Shown: positions 27,111-36,732, counted from the first letter of the stretch. The stretch is DNA of 64,000 bases from an uncultured Acidimicrobiales bacterium (GCA_958295925.1 CATQHL010000001.1:152676-216675), one strand, 5' to 3'. The notes: generated from the letters alone by a model not told the origin. A program made the numbers and translations.

Positions 27111-27742
27111 GCCAGGCCTTGAAGAGCCAGATGGCCTCAATCCACCTCCTCGCAACGCCAGGGAAGGCTCTCGCAGCCGTGTTCGTCGCAGGTCTCCTTG
27201 CGGCGGCCTGCGGCATACCCCTGGACACTGAGCCGCGCATTCTCGACGCATCCTCCATTCCTCCCGAACTGATGGATCCCACGACCACCACCCTCCCCCC
27301 TGAGACTTCGGCACAGAGCCGCACCCTGAGGGTCTTCTTTGTGAACGAGGACGGGGTGCTTTCCTCGAGGGAGCGGGAGTTCCCCACCCCGGTGACGCTG
27401 GACGAGCCGCTGAGATCCCTCTTCGCAGGCCCAACCGACGATGAGACCGAGCTGGGGCTCACCTCCGCGCTGCCTGCTGAGACGGAGATTCTCGGCATCG
27501 ATCTGAGCGACGACGGGCTGTTGGTGCTGAACCTGGCCGAGGGGACGCTGGAGCAGATCGAGGGGGAGCTTCAGCGCCTGGCCATCGCGCAGCTGGTGTT
27601 CACAGCCACCGAACTGTTCGGCGTGGAGTGGGTCTGGGTGCAGATTGAGAATGAGCCTCGCGCCCTGCCCACCGACGAGGGCGACCTGGAGACCCCGGTT
27701 GGTCGACAGCACTACGCCTCGCTGACGGAAGGTGAGACCTGA
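27107..27742 (+). CDS. GerMN-domain lipoprotein (short LpqB-like)
   Basis: Signal peptide with lipobox LLAAAC|G. GerMN-like segment (LRVFFVNEDGVLSS ... SLFAGPTDDE ... GLLVLNL). The start overlaps the mtrB stop, mirroring mtrA-mtrB-lpqB synteny. Confidence 0.65.
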   Translation: MSQALKSQMASIHLLATPGKALAAVFVAGLLAAACGIPLDTEPRILDASSIPPELMDPTTTTLPPETSAQSRTLRVFFVNEDGVLSSREREFPTPVTLDEPLRSLFAGPTDDETELGLTSALPAETEILGIDLSDDGLLVLNLAEGTLEQIEGELQRLAIAQLVFTATELFGVEWVWVQIENEPRALPTDEGDLETPVGRQHYASLTEGET

Positions 27743-27744
27743 CA

Positions 27745-27771
27745 TCAAAACGGCCGATCCCCTGATCGGCC
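27745..27771 (-). terminator. Intrinsic terminator-like hairpin downstream of the aminotransferase gene
   Basis: GGCCGATC-CCCT-GATCGGCC (27752-27771) is followed on the minus strand by GTTTTGATG. Confidence 0.45.
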
Positions 27772-27798
27772 AGGCGGCGGGCCAGCCCGGGGGCGGCC

Positions 27799-28980
27799 TC
27801 AGACCGACTCGAAGAGCCTGCGCAGGTTTCGGACAGCCTGGGTGATGCGCTGTTCGTTCTCGATGAGGGCGAAGCGCACGTGCCCCTCACCGCCCGGCCC
27901 GAACCCGCTGCCGGGCGAAACGGCGACCTTTGCCTCCCTCACCAGCAGTGAGCAGAACTCAAGTGAGTTCAGGTGGGCAAAAACCGGTGGCACCGGCGCC
28001 CACACGAACATTGTCCCCTTGGGCGGCTCCACCTCCCAGCCGATCCGGTTCAGCCCCGCGCAGAGCGTGTTCCTGCGGCTCTGGTAGGTCTCGTTGACCA
28101 GTTTCGGGTATTCGGACGCCTCGTTCAGGGTCACCGTGGCCGCGATCTGGATGGGCTGGAACGTGCCGTAGTCAAGATAGGACTTGAGCTTGGCAAGCGC
28201 AGCGACGACCTCCCGGTTGCCGACCATGAAGGCCACCCGCCAGCCGGCCATCGAGAATGACTTGGTAAGCGAGTAGAACTCCACCGCCACGTCCTTGGCG
28301 CCCTCGGCCTGCAGGATGGAAGGCGGGCTGTAGCCGTCGAAGGCGATGTCGGCGTAGGCGAAATCGTGCACGATGAGGGCGTCGTGCTCGCGGGCGAAAT
28401 CCACTATCGATTGCATGAACCCCAGGTCGACGCAGGCCGTGGTGGGGTTGTGCGGGAAGGAGAGGAGGATGACCCTCGGCTTCGGCCAGGAGTACTCCCA
28501 GCGTTGACGCAGGGACTCCTCCATGTCGGTTTGCGTGCTCAAAGGCACTTTGCGCACTTCCGCCCCGGCAAAGAGCGGCGCAAAAAGGTGGATGGGATAC
28601 GACGGCGACGGCACCAGCACAGCGTCGCCCGGCTGGAGAAGCACCCACATGAGGTGGGAGAGGCCTTCCTTGGCGCCGATGGTGTTGATGACCTCCGTCT
28701 CGGGGTCAAGCCCCACCCCGAAGCGGTGCAGGTAGAGATCGGAGACCGCGGCGCGCAGCTTTGGTATGCCCCGGCTGAGGGAGTAGCGGTGATTTCGGGG
28801 CGAACGGGCGGCTTCCGCCAGCTTCTCCACCGCCACGTCAGGTGAGGGTATGTCAGGGTTCCCGAAACCAAGATCCACTATGTCCTCGCCGCGGCGGCGA
28901 CCTTCCACCTTGAGCCCGTCGATGATCGAAAACACGTAGGGCGGGAGGTTGGTGATTCGGCGGAACTCCATCGCCTGCAT
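27799..28980 (-). CDS. Class I/II pyridoxal-phosphate-dependent aminotransferase (AlaT/AspC-like)
   Basis: NLPPYVF and GFGNPD motifs, with the PLP lysine in YSLTKSFSMAGWR. I set the start at ATG 28980 (MQAMEFRR). The longest ORF reaches 29064. Confidence 0.88.
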   Translation of the reverse strand: MQAMEFRRITNLPPYVFSIIDGLKVEGRRRGEDIVDLGFGNPDIPSPDVAVEKLAEAARSPRNHRYSLSRGIPKLRAAVSDLYLHRFGVGLDPETEVINTIGAKEGLSHLMWVLLQPGDAVLVPSPSYPIHLFAPLFAGAEVRKVPLSTQTDMEESLRQRWEYSWPKPRVILLSFPHNPTTACVDLGFMQSIVDFAREHDALIVHDFAYADIAFDGYSPPSILQAEGAKDVAVEFYSLTKSFSMAGWRVAFMVGNREVVAALAKLKSYLDYGTFQPIQIAATVTLNEASEYPKLVNETYQSRRNTLCAGLNRIGWEVEPPKGTMFVWAPVPPVFAHLNSLEFCSLLVREAKVAVSPGSGFGPGGEGHVRFALIENEQRITQAVRNLRRLFESV

Positions 28981-29081
28981 GCTACCTCTGCGTCCTTTCG
29001 CGGCAGGTGAACCAGGGGCTGTGGCCTGGGCGAGCAAAGGCTGCCCCAGCCCAGCCGGCCACAACCTGGCTCAAGTGGGCC

Positions 29082-30146
29082 CTAGTCCGCACCCGGCTGG
29101 TCACGCGCCAGCAAGGCGGCGCCGATGGCTCCCGCCCTGTCGCCGAGCTCCGCCCGGCGCAGCGCCACTGCCGGCCGCCTGCGGCCGTAGCTGAGCATCC
29201 CCTCCAGGGCCACCTTCAGCCTCGACAGCAGAAACCCGCCCGCCTCGGCCTCGGCAAAGAGGCCACCCCCCATAACCACCACTTCAGGGTCCAGCATCGC
29301 CACGAGGTTGTTGACTCCCACTGCCACGTTTTCCGCGAACTCCCCCAGCAGATCACAGGCGACCCGGTCGCCGCTGCGGGCCAGCATGGTGACGTGCTCC
29401 GCGCGAATGCCCTTTGTCTGCCCGCCTCCCAAAGCCCGCAGCGATTCCCATCCGCCCGCCTCCGCCCGCCCGCGAGCCAGGCGGCCAAGAGCCGTACCCG
29501 ACGCCGACTGCTCCCAGCATCCCCTCCCTCCGCAGCCGCATGGCCTGCCACCCCGCTCGAAGATCATGTGGCCGGCCTCGCCTGCGAGGTTGTGGGATCC
29601 TCGCCGGATTGCACCGTCGGTCATCACCGCTGCCCCGATGCCCGTCCCGAGCGTCAGAAACACGGCGTCGGAAGCGCCGGCCGCGGCGCCCAGGGAAGCC
29701 TCGGCCACTGCTGCCGCCGTTGCGTCGTTGTCCAGCGCCACCCGACGGCCCAGCCGCTCTGCCAGCAGCGCCCGCAGCGGGACGCCTTTGAAACCGGGGA
29801 TGTTGGGGGACGCCAGCACCACCCCGTCGCGGCCGATCAATCCTGCGCAGCCCACGCCGACTGCGGCTATGCGGCTGCTGATCTCCTCGCCCGCAGACGC
29901 CGTCATCTCCTCGACGATGCCCATTACCGCCTCTGGAAGCCGCCCCTCGGGCGGCGGGAGCCTGTGCGGGCCGCCCGCTTCGGGTATCCCCTCGAAAGCC
30001 TGCCCCTGCGCCGTCTCCGAGGCTCCAGGAAGTGCTCGGCGCAGGCTTGTCCTCAGCTGCAGCGGGCATCCGTGGCTGTCGAGCACCTCGGCCCGGATAT
30101 TCGAACCGCCTATGTCAAATCCGATGAAATGGGGGGTCTCCACCAC
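29082..30146 (-). CDS. ROK-family sugar kinase (glucokinase-like)
   Basis: FDIGGSNI, GCAGLI, LGTGIGAAV and GEAGHM motifs, plus the ROK zinc motif CGCGGRGCWE. Confidence 0.85.
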   Translation of the reverse strand: MVETPHFIGFDIGGSNIRAEVLDSHGCPLQLRTSLRRALPGASETAQGQAFEGIPEAGGPHRLPPPEGRLPEAVMGIVEEMTASAGEEISSRIAAVGVGCAGLIGRDGVVLASPNIPGFKGVPLRALLAERLGRRVALDNDATAAAVAEASLGAAAGASDAVFLTLGTGIGAAVMTDGAIRRGSHNLAGEAGHMIFERGGRPCGCGGRGCWEQSASGTALGRLARGRAEAGGWESLRALGGGQTKGIRAEHVTMLARSGDRVACDLLGEFAENVAVGVNNLVAMLDPEVVVMGGGLFAEAEAGGFLLSRLKVALEGMLSYGRRRPAVALRRAELGDRAGAIGAALLARDQPGAD

Positions 30147-30147
30147 C

Positions 30148-30675
30148 TCAGCAGGCCTGCGAACTCCTCTCGTGCTCGGTCTCCCTCCAGAGGTCCTCCA
30201 CCCGTCGCCGGAACCCGTCCAGTGCCGTTTGCAGAATGCGGGCCTCGGCTCGACGTTTCACGAAACCCGGCACGGACACGGCCAGATCCACCGTGAGGGA
30301 ATACGTGAGCAGGGTTTTTCCGGCCTCGCCAGGAGCGGGCGCCAGCTTGTACTCGCCGTCAAGGCGGCGCACCAGGTCGCCTTCCCTCAGCTTCCAGATC
30401 ACCTTGGGGGGATCGCTCTCGTAGGAGTACTGCAGGATGTAGGTCGTGTTGCGCCCCATGGCCGCCACCGTGAACTCGATGAGATGGCCGCGCTCATCCT
30501 CGTTGCGGCGCAACACACGGATGCGCTCGAGGTCGCTCACCCATTCCGGGTAGCTCTCAAAATCGATCACCACCTCGAAGCAGAACCCCGGGGGGGCGTC
30601 CACGAGCATCTGCCGGGTGGAATGCTCAACCACGGCTGCTGTGAAACCTGGCCGGGAAGCGTGCGTACTTGGCAC
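30148..30675 (-). CDS. SRPBCC-family protein (polyketide cyclase/dehydrase-like)
   Basis: Typical START-like beta-strand/helix pattern (QMLVDAPPGFCFEVVIDFESYPEW). Confidence 0.75.
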   Translation of the reverse strand: MPSTHASRPGFTAAVVEHSTRQMLVDAPPGFCFEVVIDFESYPEWVSDLERIRVLRRNEDERGHLIEFTVAAMGRNTTYILQYSYESDPPKVIWKLREGDLVRRLDGEYKLAPAPGEAGKTLLTYSLTVDLAVSVPGFVKRRAEARILQTALDGFRRRVEDLWRETEHERSSQAC

Positions 30676-31093
30676 CCCACAGCGACATCATCCCGAGCCC
30701 AAACACGGGGGCAAGAATAGCGAATGCCAAGGGCGAATACAGCCGAACGCCCGCCCCGGTGAAGGCAACCGCCAGCTGAATCCCCACCAGAGACCAGAAA
30801 ATGCCCTTGAAGCGTGTATTCACACCCTCAAGAAGAAGAAACGCCCCGGCCACCGACATCTCCTCCAATCCGCTTCTTCGGGTGGCTACCAGCAATGACC
30901 AGACAAATCCGACGCAACCGAGGACGAAGAGGCTGAGGGAAACAATCACGGCAAGTTGATCGAGGCGCCCCCCAATCACCGCGGCGCAGATGACGGTGGC
31001 AGCGAATACCAGTGTCCCGGCGGCGTTCGCCTGCCAGATCCAGTCGCCGGCCTGCCCTCGAGGGGCGCTCCCTTGGGAACCGCCGTCGCCCAT
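30626..31093 (-). CDS. Hypothetical integral membrane protein (about 4 TM)
   Basis: Hydrophobic helices throughout. The ATG shares one base with the GT4 stop. No family recognised. Confidence 0.5.
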   Translation of the reverse strand: MGDGGSQGSAPRGQAGDWIWQANAAGTLVFAATVICAAVIGGRLDQLAVIVSLSLFVLGCVGFVWSLLVATRRSGLEEMSVAGAFLLLEGVNTRFKGIFWSLVGIQLAVAFTGAGVRLYSPLAFAILAPVFGLGMMSLWGAKYARFPARFHSSRG

Positions 31094-32295
31094 TAAACAG
31101 CTTCGGGGGACGGAGGGGCGCCGATCCCCGGTTCAGGGGCATCCTTCAGCCCGCCTGAGGGCGCTCCGTTGCCCAGCGCCGCAGAGAGACGCTGCGCCAG
31201 GATGTCGTAGGAGAACTCCCTCACCGCCCTTGATCGGGCGGAGATGCCCATCTCGCGCCGGCGCTCAGCGTCGTCGATCAGCAAGGCGAGGGCTTCGACA
31301 GCCTCCTCCGGACCGTCATTGGAGTTGACCACCAGGCCGGTCTCGCCGTTGGAAACCGCTTCGGCCGATCCTCCGCTTGCCCCGGCCACCTGCGGCACGC
31401 CGGCGGCCGCGGCCTCAAGGAAGACGATGCCGAATCCTTCCTGCTCCGCTTCCCGCCAGCGCCTGCGACAGAGCATCGCAAAGACGTCGGCGGCTCCGTA
31501 GAGGTCGGGCAGGCGGCTCTCGCTGAGCGCGCCGAGCAGCCTCACGGGCACTCCAAGGCGTTTGATCTGTGCGGAAAGACGGGCTTTTTCGCGTCCCTCC
31601 CCGGCGATCGCAGCCCGCAGGCTGGGACGTGTGGGGGCCAGCCTGGCAATGGCGTCGACGAAGACGTCCATGCCTTTTCGGGGGACGAGGCGGCTCACGC
31701 TCAAAACCAGCGTTTCGTGTGGTTGCACCCCGAGGGCTCGGCGCACCTCCTGACGTCTGTCGGCGGGGAGCGGGCGGAAGCGTGCACAGTCCACGCCTGG
31801 CGGAACGAGAACCGACCGGGCAGGTTCGCCGTATCGATCCCCAAGATGGTCGGCAAGGAAGCCCGACGCCCACCCGCTGGCGTTGATCACGAGTTCCGCT
31901 CCGGCGAGGAGCCGCCCGAGCCGGGGGCGCGCGACGGAAAGGCTCGCAGGAATCGTGGCCTCAGCCCCGTGGATGACCAACCCGTAGGGGCAGTCCAGGT
32001 ACGGGCCCAGCACCCCCAGGATCATCACGGGATCGAGAACCACAATCTCGGCGCCGATTCTCCTGATCTCCCTGTTGATCTCCGAGCGGAGGACAGGGGT
32101 GGGAATCATCTGCAGGGGCGCCATGCGCGCAATCCGGTAGCGCTGACCGCGGTCGAACTCATCTGAGCGGGCATGGGAACGGGTGAGGACGGAGAAAGAC
32201 TCCGGCGGCAGCCGCCTCCAGAGTTCCCAGAGGTAGTTCTGGATGCCCCCTACCTTGGGGGGAAAGTCGTTGGTAGCCAGCAGATGCTTCTTCAT
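31093..32295 (-). CDS. GT4-family glycosyltransferase (PimB-like mannosyltransferase)
   Basis: MKKHLLATNDFPPKVGGIQNYLWEL N-terminus and an E-x7-E region EQEGFGIVFLEAAAAGVPQV. I set the start at ATG 32295. The longest ORF reaches 32475. Confidence 0.8.
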   Translation of the reverse strand: MKKHLLATNDFPPKVGGIQNYLWELWRRLPPESFSVLTRSHARSDEFDRGQRYRIARMAPLQMIPTPVLRSEINREIRRIGAEIVVLDPVMILGVLGPYLDCPYGLVIHGAEATIPASLSVARPRLGRLLAGAELVINASGWASGFLADHLGDRYGEPARSVLVPPGVDCARFRPLPADRRQEVRRALGVQPHETLVLSVSRLVPRKGMDVFVDAIARLAPTRPSLRAAIAGEGREKARLSAQIKRLGVPVRLLGALSESRLPDLYGAADVFAMLCRRRWREAEQEGFGIVFLEAAAAGVPQVAGASGGSAEAVSNGETGLVVNSNDGPEEAVEALALLIDDAERRREMGISARSRAVREFSYDILAQRLSAALGNGAPSGGLKDAPEPGIGAPPSPEAV

Positions 32296-32315
32296 GGGCT
32301 GAGAGACCGGGGCCT

Positions 32316-33977
32316 TCAGCTGCGGATTTTCTTGATCACGTGCAGCAGCTGGACGGGAGAAAGCAGGTTCGCGCCCAGCGACTCGGCCGGGTCGCGCACA
32401 CCCAGGTCGCCGGCGGTTTCCCCCCGGTCGGCGGAGACCACCACCAGCGCGCGGTCGCGAGGGGCGTCTCGGCACTCGCGGATGATGAGGGAGTCTGCGC
32501 TTTCGCCTTCTGCGGAAAACGTCTCCCTGACTCCGCTGTCGCGCCCCCGGGTGAGGGGCACCTCCGACTGCTTCCCGTCGTAGACAATCAGAAACACGTT
32601 CCTGCTTCTTCCGTGAATCTCCTCGAGATCTTTCTTGAGCTTCTGCCGCTCCACCCGCAGCCCATGTTTTCCTAAAAGCTGTTCCTTTGCGAGATCCACC
32701 CTTTTGTCAGCCGCCCGCTTGAAGATGAAGTTGTACCCGTCAACGATTACGAATGAAGATTTGTTCAGCAGCAGATGCTCGGCCGCCTCGGCCGAATTGT
32801 CGTAAATGCCAGGCGGCAGCTCCGCCTTTTCCCTGGGTCGGATCTGCAGCTCCCCAACGGCGACCGAGCGACGGTCGAGAGGCCCCAGATGCACGTCGAG
32901 CAGCCTGGCCGCCTGCTCGATCGCCTCGCCTGCAGACTTCCGGAGGCTCTCGTGGTCATCTGAGGTTTCCAGTGCTTCCCGGATTTGCTCCAGGGCCTCA
33001 GTGGAGTTTTTTCGCTGCTTCGACACCAGGCTCCCCGTCTCCTCCTGCAGCTTGGCAATCTCGGCGTCTTTCCCCATGCGCTCCCCGTCCCACTTCTTGT
33101 GCTCTTCGTAGAGACGCTGCTTGGAGGCGCGGAGGTCTTCACGGGCCTCGTCCCTCTGAGCGGTGAGCCTCGCTGCATCCTCTTCCCTGCGCTCAAGCTG
33201 TCTGCTGGCGTCGCGAAGCTTCCCCTCCAGCTCCTTCGCCAGCTTGGCGTCCTCCCTGGGATTCTTCTTGAGCGTTTGTATCTGCGCCGACAGCCTTGAT
33301 TTCTCCTCTTTCCAGTTTCTTTTCTGTTTCTTCAGCTTGTTCAGGTCTTTCGACTGCCGATCGAGCCTTGAATCCATTTCCTTTGACTTCTCAGCCGCCT
33401 TGGACAATCTCAAATGCAGCCCGTAGACGGCTCTCCAGCCCGCAGGGCGTGACAAAAAAAGAAGCGACGCGCAAGACGCGCACTCAGACAGCTCAACCAT
33501 TGGCTGTACGGGGTCACGGCCCGGGCCCTGCTCCTCGGGCTCTTCGTCCTCGTCAGGGATTTCCGTTTTTTCAGGGGAGCCTTCCTCCTCCGGGGATTCC
33601 TCGGACAATGCCTTGACTCGGCTGCCCTGCGACCTGGTGTCGTCGTCGAGGCCGCAGATGTGGTGCTTCCTGAAGTGCTCGGCCACATCGCCCCTGAAAA
33701 CCGATTCCGCCTCCAGCACCGACTTGATCACGGAGTAGTCGCCCTTGCCGAAGCGCGGCCTATTCCTGGGGGTGCCCTTGGAGATGCGCCCTACAAGCCC
33801 CTTCAGGGCCTCGGGCGGGTCTTCCCCCTCGGACGCCTGCCGCTCGTAGGAGTAACGGAGCGCGTGCTCGAGGGCGGGGCGCAGACACTGCAGTTCTGCC
33901 TTGCTGAGTGGCTCGATTTGTATTTTTCGGTTCTCGACCGACGAATTCCTATTCTCCGGTCTTCGGGTCTCGCCCAT
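32316..33977 (-). CDS. Coiled-coil protein with a C-terminal YacP-like NYN (PIN-like) ribonuclease domain
   Basis: The C-terminus reads FVIVDGYNFIF ... FLIVYDGK ... ESADSLII ... VVVSADR, matching the NYN_YacP acidic-residue pattern. The middle ~200 aa are K/E/R-rich heptad-like sequence. An acidic linker (EESPEEEGSPEKTEIPDEDEEPEEQ) is present. The N-terminal ~120 aa are unrecognised. Confidence 0.7.
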   Translation of the reverse strand: MGETRRPENRNSSVENRKIQIEPLSKAELQCLRPALEHALRYSYERQASEGEDPPEALKGLVGRISKGTPRNRPRFGKGDYSVIKSVLEAESVFRGDVAEHFRKHHICGLDDDTRSQGSRVKALSEESPEEEGSPEKTEIPDEDEEPEEQGPGRDPVQPMVELSECASCASLLFLSRPAGWRAVYGLHLRLSKAAEKSKEMDSRLDRQSKDLNKLKKQKRNWKEEKSRLSAQIQTLKKNPREDAKLAKELEGKLRDASRQLERREEDAARLTAQRDEAREDLRASKQRLYEEHKKWDGERMGKDAEIAKLQEETGSLVSKQRKNSTEALEQIREALETSDDHESLRKSAGEAIEQAARLLDVHLGPLDRRSVAVGELQIRPREKAELPPGIYDNSAEAAEHLLLNKSSFVIVDGYNFIFKRAADKRVDLAKEQLLGKHGLRVERQKLKKDLEEIHGRSRNVFLIVYDGKQSEVPLTRGRDSGVRETFSAEGESADSLIIRECRDAPRDRALVVVSADRGETAGDLGVRDPAESLGANLLSPVQLLHVIKKIRS

Positions 33978-34076
33978 AATTTCCGACTTTACCCATGCGC
34001 CTAAAAATTACTGCATGCGCCGCCTTCAAGAGATCGGCTGCCGCAGCCTATGGCCGGCGCCAGGCGCCTGCGAGGT

Positions 34077-34124
34077 GGCGCTCAGCCCGCCAGGGACTGT
34101 GGCGCTCAGCCCGCCAGGGACTGC
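34077..34124. repeat. Tandem duplication, 24 bp x 2, spanning the trpD stop codon
   Basis: GGCGCTCAGCCCGCCAGGGACTG[T/C] occurs twice. Copy 2 holds the real trpD stop (34106-34108) and last six codons. Copy 1 is a downstream duplicate. Confidence 0.9.
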
Positions 34125-35134
34125 GAGACTTCCACCCAGCGCTCCAGCGCCCTGGCCGCGGCGCCGTTGTCCACCGCCTCCGAAGCCTGCGCCAGGCCGT
34201 CGGAAAAGCCCCCGGCCAACTCGCCCACCATCAGGGCAGCCGCAGCGTTGAGAAGCACCACGCCGCGCCAGGGAACGTCCTCGCCTGCGAGCAGGGAACG
34301 CGTCGCCTCCGCCGACGCTGCGGCGTCGGACCCGGCCAGATCGGAGAGGCCTACACGCTTCAGCCCCAGCGCCTCAGGGGTTATCTCACGGCGCGAGACC
34401 TCGCGGCCACGAACCTCGAGTATCGAGGACGGCCCCACTGTTGACAGCTCGTCCAGGCCCGGGTAGCCGTGCACCACCATTGCCCGAAGGGTGCCTGTCA
34501 CCGACATGACCTCGGCCATCCTCTCCGCCATTGCGGGGTCGTTGACACCGATTACCTGGCGTTGAACGCCCCCGGGATTGGCCATTGGCCCCAGGTAGTT
34601 GAATGCCGTGGCGATGCCCAACTCGCGCCGGGTGGGGCCTGCGTGCCTCAGGGCGGGGTGGAACAGCGGCGCCAGGCAGAAACCCAGGCCCGCCCGCTCT
34701 ATGCACCTCGCCACACCCTCGGCGTCGAGGTCCACGACCACCCCCAGCGCTTCCAGCAGGTCGGCGGAACCGCACGACGAGGAGACAGCACGGTTGCCGT
34801 GCTTGCATAGCCGCAGCCCGGCGCCCGCGGCCACCAGGGCCGCCATCGTGGAGACGTTCAACGAGCCGCTTCCGTCCCCGCCCGTCCCGGCGGTGTCGAC
34901 CAGGCGCATCCCCTCGGCGTCCACAGGCACCCTCACCCCGGCCTCTCGAAGACCCTCTAGAAGCCCGACGAGCTCCACGGCGGTCTCCCCCTTCGTTCTG
35001 AGGGCTATGAGCAACCCCGCCATCTGCGCCGGGGACGCCTTTCCTGCCAGCATGGCGTCCGCCACGCCGCGGGCCTCAGAGCGCGTGAGGCTCTCCCCTT
35101 CCACGAGCTTGGCAAGCACGTCAGGAACCCTCAA
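34106..35134 (-). CDS. trpD: Anthranilate phosphoribosyltransferase
   Basis: GTGGDGSGSLNVST, KHGNRAVSSSCGSADLLE and NYLGPMANP. Confidence 0.95.
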   Translation of the reverse strand: MRVPDVLAKLVEGESLTRSEARGVADAMLAGKASPAQMAGLLIALRTKGETAVELVGLLEGLREAGVRVPVDAEGMRLVDTAGTGGDGSGSLNVSTMAALVAAGAGLRLCKHGNRAVSSSCGSADLLEALGVVVDLDAEGVARCIERAGLGFCLAPLFHPALRHAGPTRRELGIATAFNYLGPMANPGGVQRQVIGVNDPAMAERMAEVMSVTGTLRAMVVHGYPGLDELSTVGPSSILEVRGREVSRREITPEALGLKRVGLSDLAGSDAAASAEATRSLLAGEDVPWRGVVLLNAAAALMVGELAGGFSDGLAQASEAVDNGAAARALERWVEVSQSLAG

Positions 35135-35265
35135 CCTGGCTTCCCCATTCTCTCGTCAAGGCGCCCGTCACCCTTGCCTGCGCCTGCCCTGCCTCCGAGG
35201 GCTTCCACGGCTGCGATGTCCATCTCTGATGCTCTTTCATTGAACGGGATCACTAACATCTTCGC

Positions 35266-36732
35266 ATGGCTCGACTTCCCGGCCCGTTCGTGTTGGTGAT
35301 AGACGTGGGGACGACAAGCGTAATAGCGGCGCTTGTGGACGGGCGGGGGCGCCTGTCGAACGTCCACAGCGCCCCAGTCCCTCCATCCGTCCACGCCCCG
35401 GGCCTGATCGAGTTCAACCCTAGCGACGTGGCGCGGAAGGCATTGGGCGTGGCGCGCCAGGCGCTTGCCGGCTGCCCCGGCGCGCCAGTGGCAGTCGGGA
35501 TCGCCAATCAACGCTGCTCCACGCTCGCCTGGCGACGCAGCAGCGGCGAGCCGACGGGACCCGGGCTGGGCTGGGCTGATCTTCGCACAGCCGGGATGTG
35601 CCTGGAGCTTCAGGCACACAACCTGCGCCTCGCCCCGAACCAGACTGCCACCAAGGCGTCTCACCTGCTGGCGCTGGCAGCCGACGAGGACGCCGACGAC
35701 CTCTGCGTGGGCACGCTGGACTCGTGGCTCGTCTGGCACCTCTCCGAAGGGGCGGAACACGTCACCGACGCCACGAACGCCGCCATCGGGGGGCTCTGCA
35801 AAATTGAGGACGGGGCACCGGCCTGGGATTCTTTCATCCTCGATCGTCTGGGCATCCCGCAAGGCTGCCTGCCCAGGATCGTGGACAGCAGCGGGGAGTT
35901 GGCACTGGCCAGCGCCCTGGACGGCTCCCCCCCGGTGATGGGGATCGCCGGCGATCAACAGGCGTCGCTGATCGGCTCCGGCTGCGTGCGCCGCGGCGAC
36001 GTCAAGATCACCTTTGGAACCGGGGGGATGCTGGACATGACACTGGGCGCCGACGCGCCCGCCGCCGAGCGATGCCCCGGGGGCTCCTTCCCCATTGCCG
36101 CCTGGCAGCGCGAGGGCAGGGCCGTCTGGGGGATAGAGGCGATGATGCTGGGAGCAGGCTCCTGCGTGGACTGGTTCTGCGCCCTCTCCGACGCCCTCGA
36201 CTCGCCTGAGGCCAGCGACGCGCTGGCCTCAGGCTGCGGGGACAGCGCAGGGGTTGTGTTTCTTCCCCTGCTGGACGGCCTGGGCGCCCCCCGATGGGAC
36301 TTCGGGGCGCGCGGCCGCATAGCGGGCGTAACCACCGCCACCCGACCTGCACACCTGGCGAGGGCGCTTCTGGATGGCCTGGCCCAGCGCGGGGTCGACC
36401 TCATCGAGACCGCGGAGTCCGACAGCGGAATAGCCATAGAGGAGCTGAGCATCGACGGCGGGATGAGTGCCAACCCCACGTTCGCCCAGGCCCTGGCCGA
36501 CTGTTCAGGGAGAATCGTGAGCCTGGCCCCGGAAGTTGAGTGCACCGCCCTGGGGGCCGCCTACCTGGCGGGGGTGGCGGCCGGCGTGTGGCCCGGCCTT
36601 GAGGAAGCCGCTGCCCTGCGCCCGCCCCGAGCGGTCTTGAAGCCTCAGCGGGATTTCAACCGCGCACGCTGGAGGGGCGACCTTGAGCGCTGCGCCGGCT
36701 GGCACCCGGAGCTAAGCGCAATCTCGTTCTGA
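35266..36732 (+). CDS. FGGY-family carbohydrate kinase (glycerol kinase-like, divergent)
   Basis: VIDVGTTSV, GIANQRCSTLAWRR and a C-terminal DGGMSANPTFAQALAD pattern typical of GlpK/FGGY kinases. Confidence 0.8.
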   Translation: MARLPGPFVLVIDVGTTSVIAALVDGRGRLSNVHSAPVPPSVHAPGLIEFNPSDVARKALGVARQALAGCPGAPVAVGIANQRCSTLAWRRSSGEPTGPGLGWADLRTAGMCLELQAHNLRLAPNQTATKASHLLALAADEDADDLCVGTLDSWLVWHLSEGAEHVTDATNAAIGGLCKIEDGAPAWDSFILDRLGIPQGCLPRIVDSSGELALASALDGSPPVMGIAGDQQASLIGSGCVRRGDVKITFGTGGMLDMTLGADAPAAERCPGGSFPIAAWQREGRAVWGIEAMMLGAGSCVDWFCALSDALDSPEASDALASGCGDSAGVVFLPLLDGLGAPRWDFGARGRIAGVTTATRPAHLARALLDGLAQRGVDLIETAESDSGIAIEELSIDGGMSANPTFAQALADCSGRIVSLAPEVECTALGAAYLAGVAAGVWPGLEEAAALRPPRAVLKPQRDFNRARWRGDLERCAGWHPELSAISF

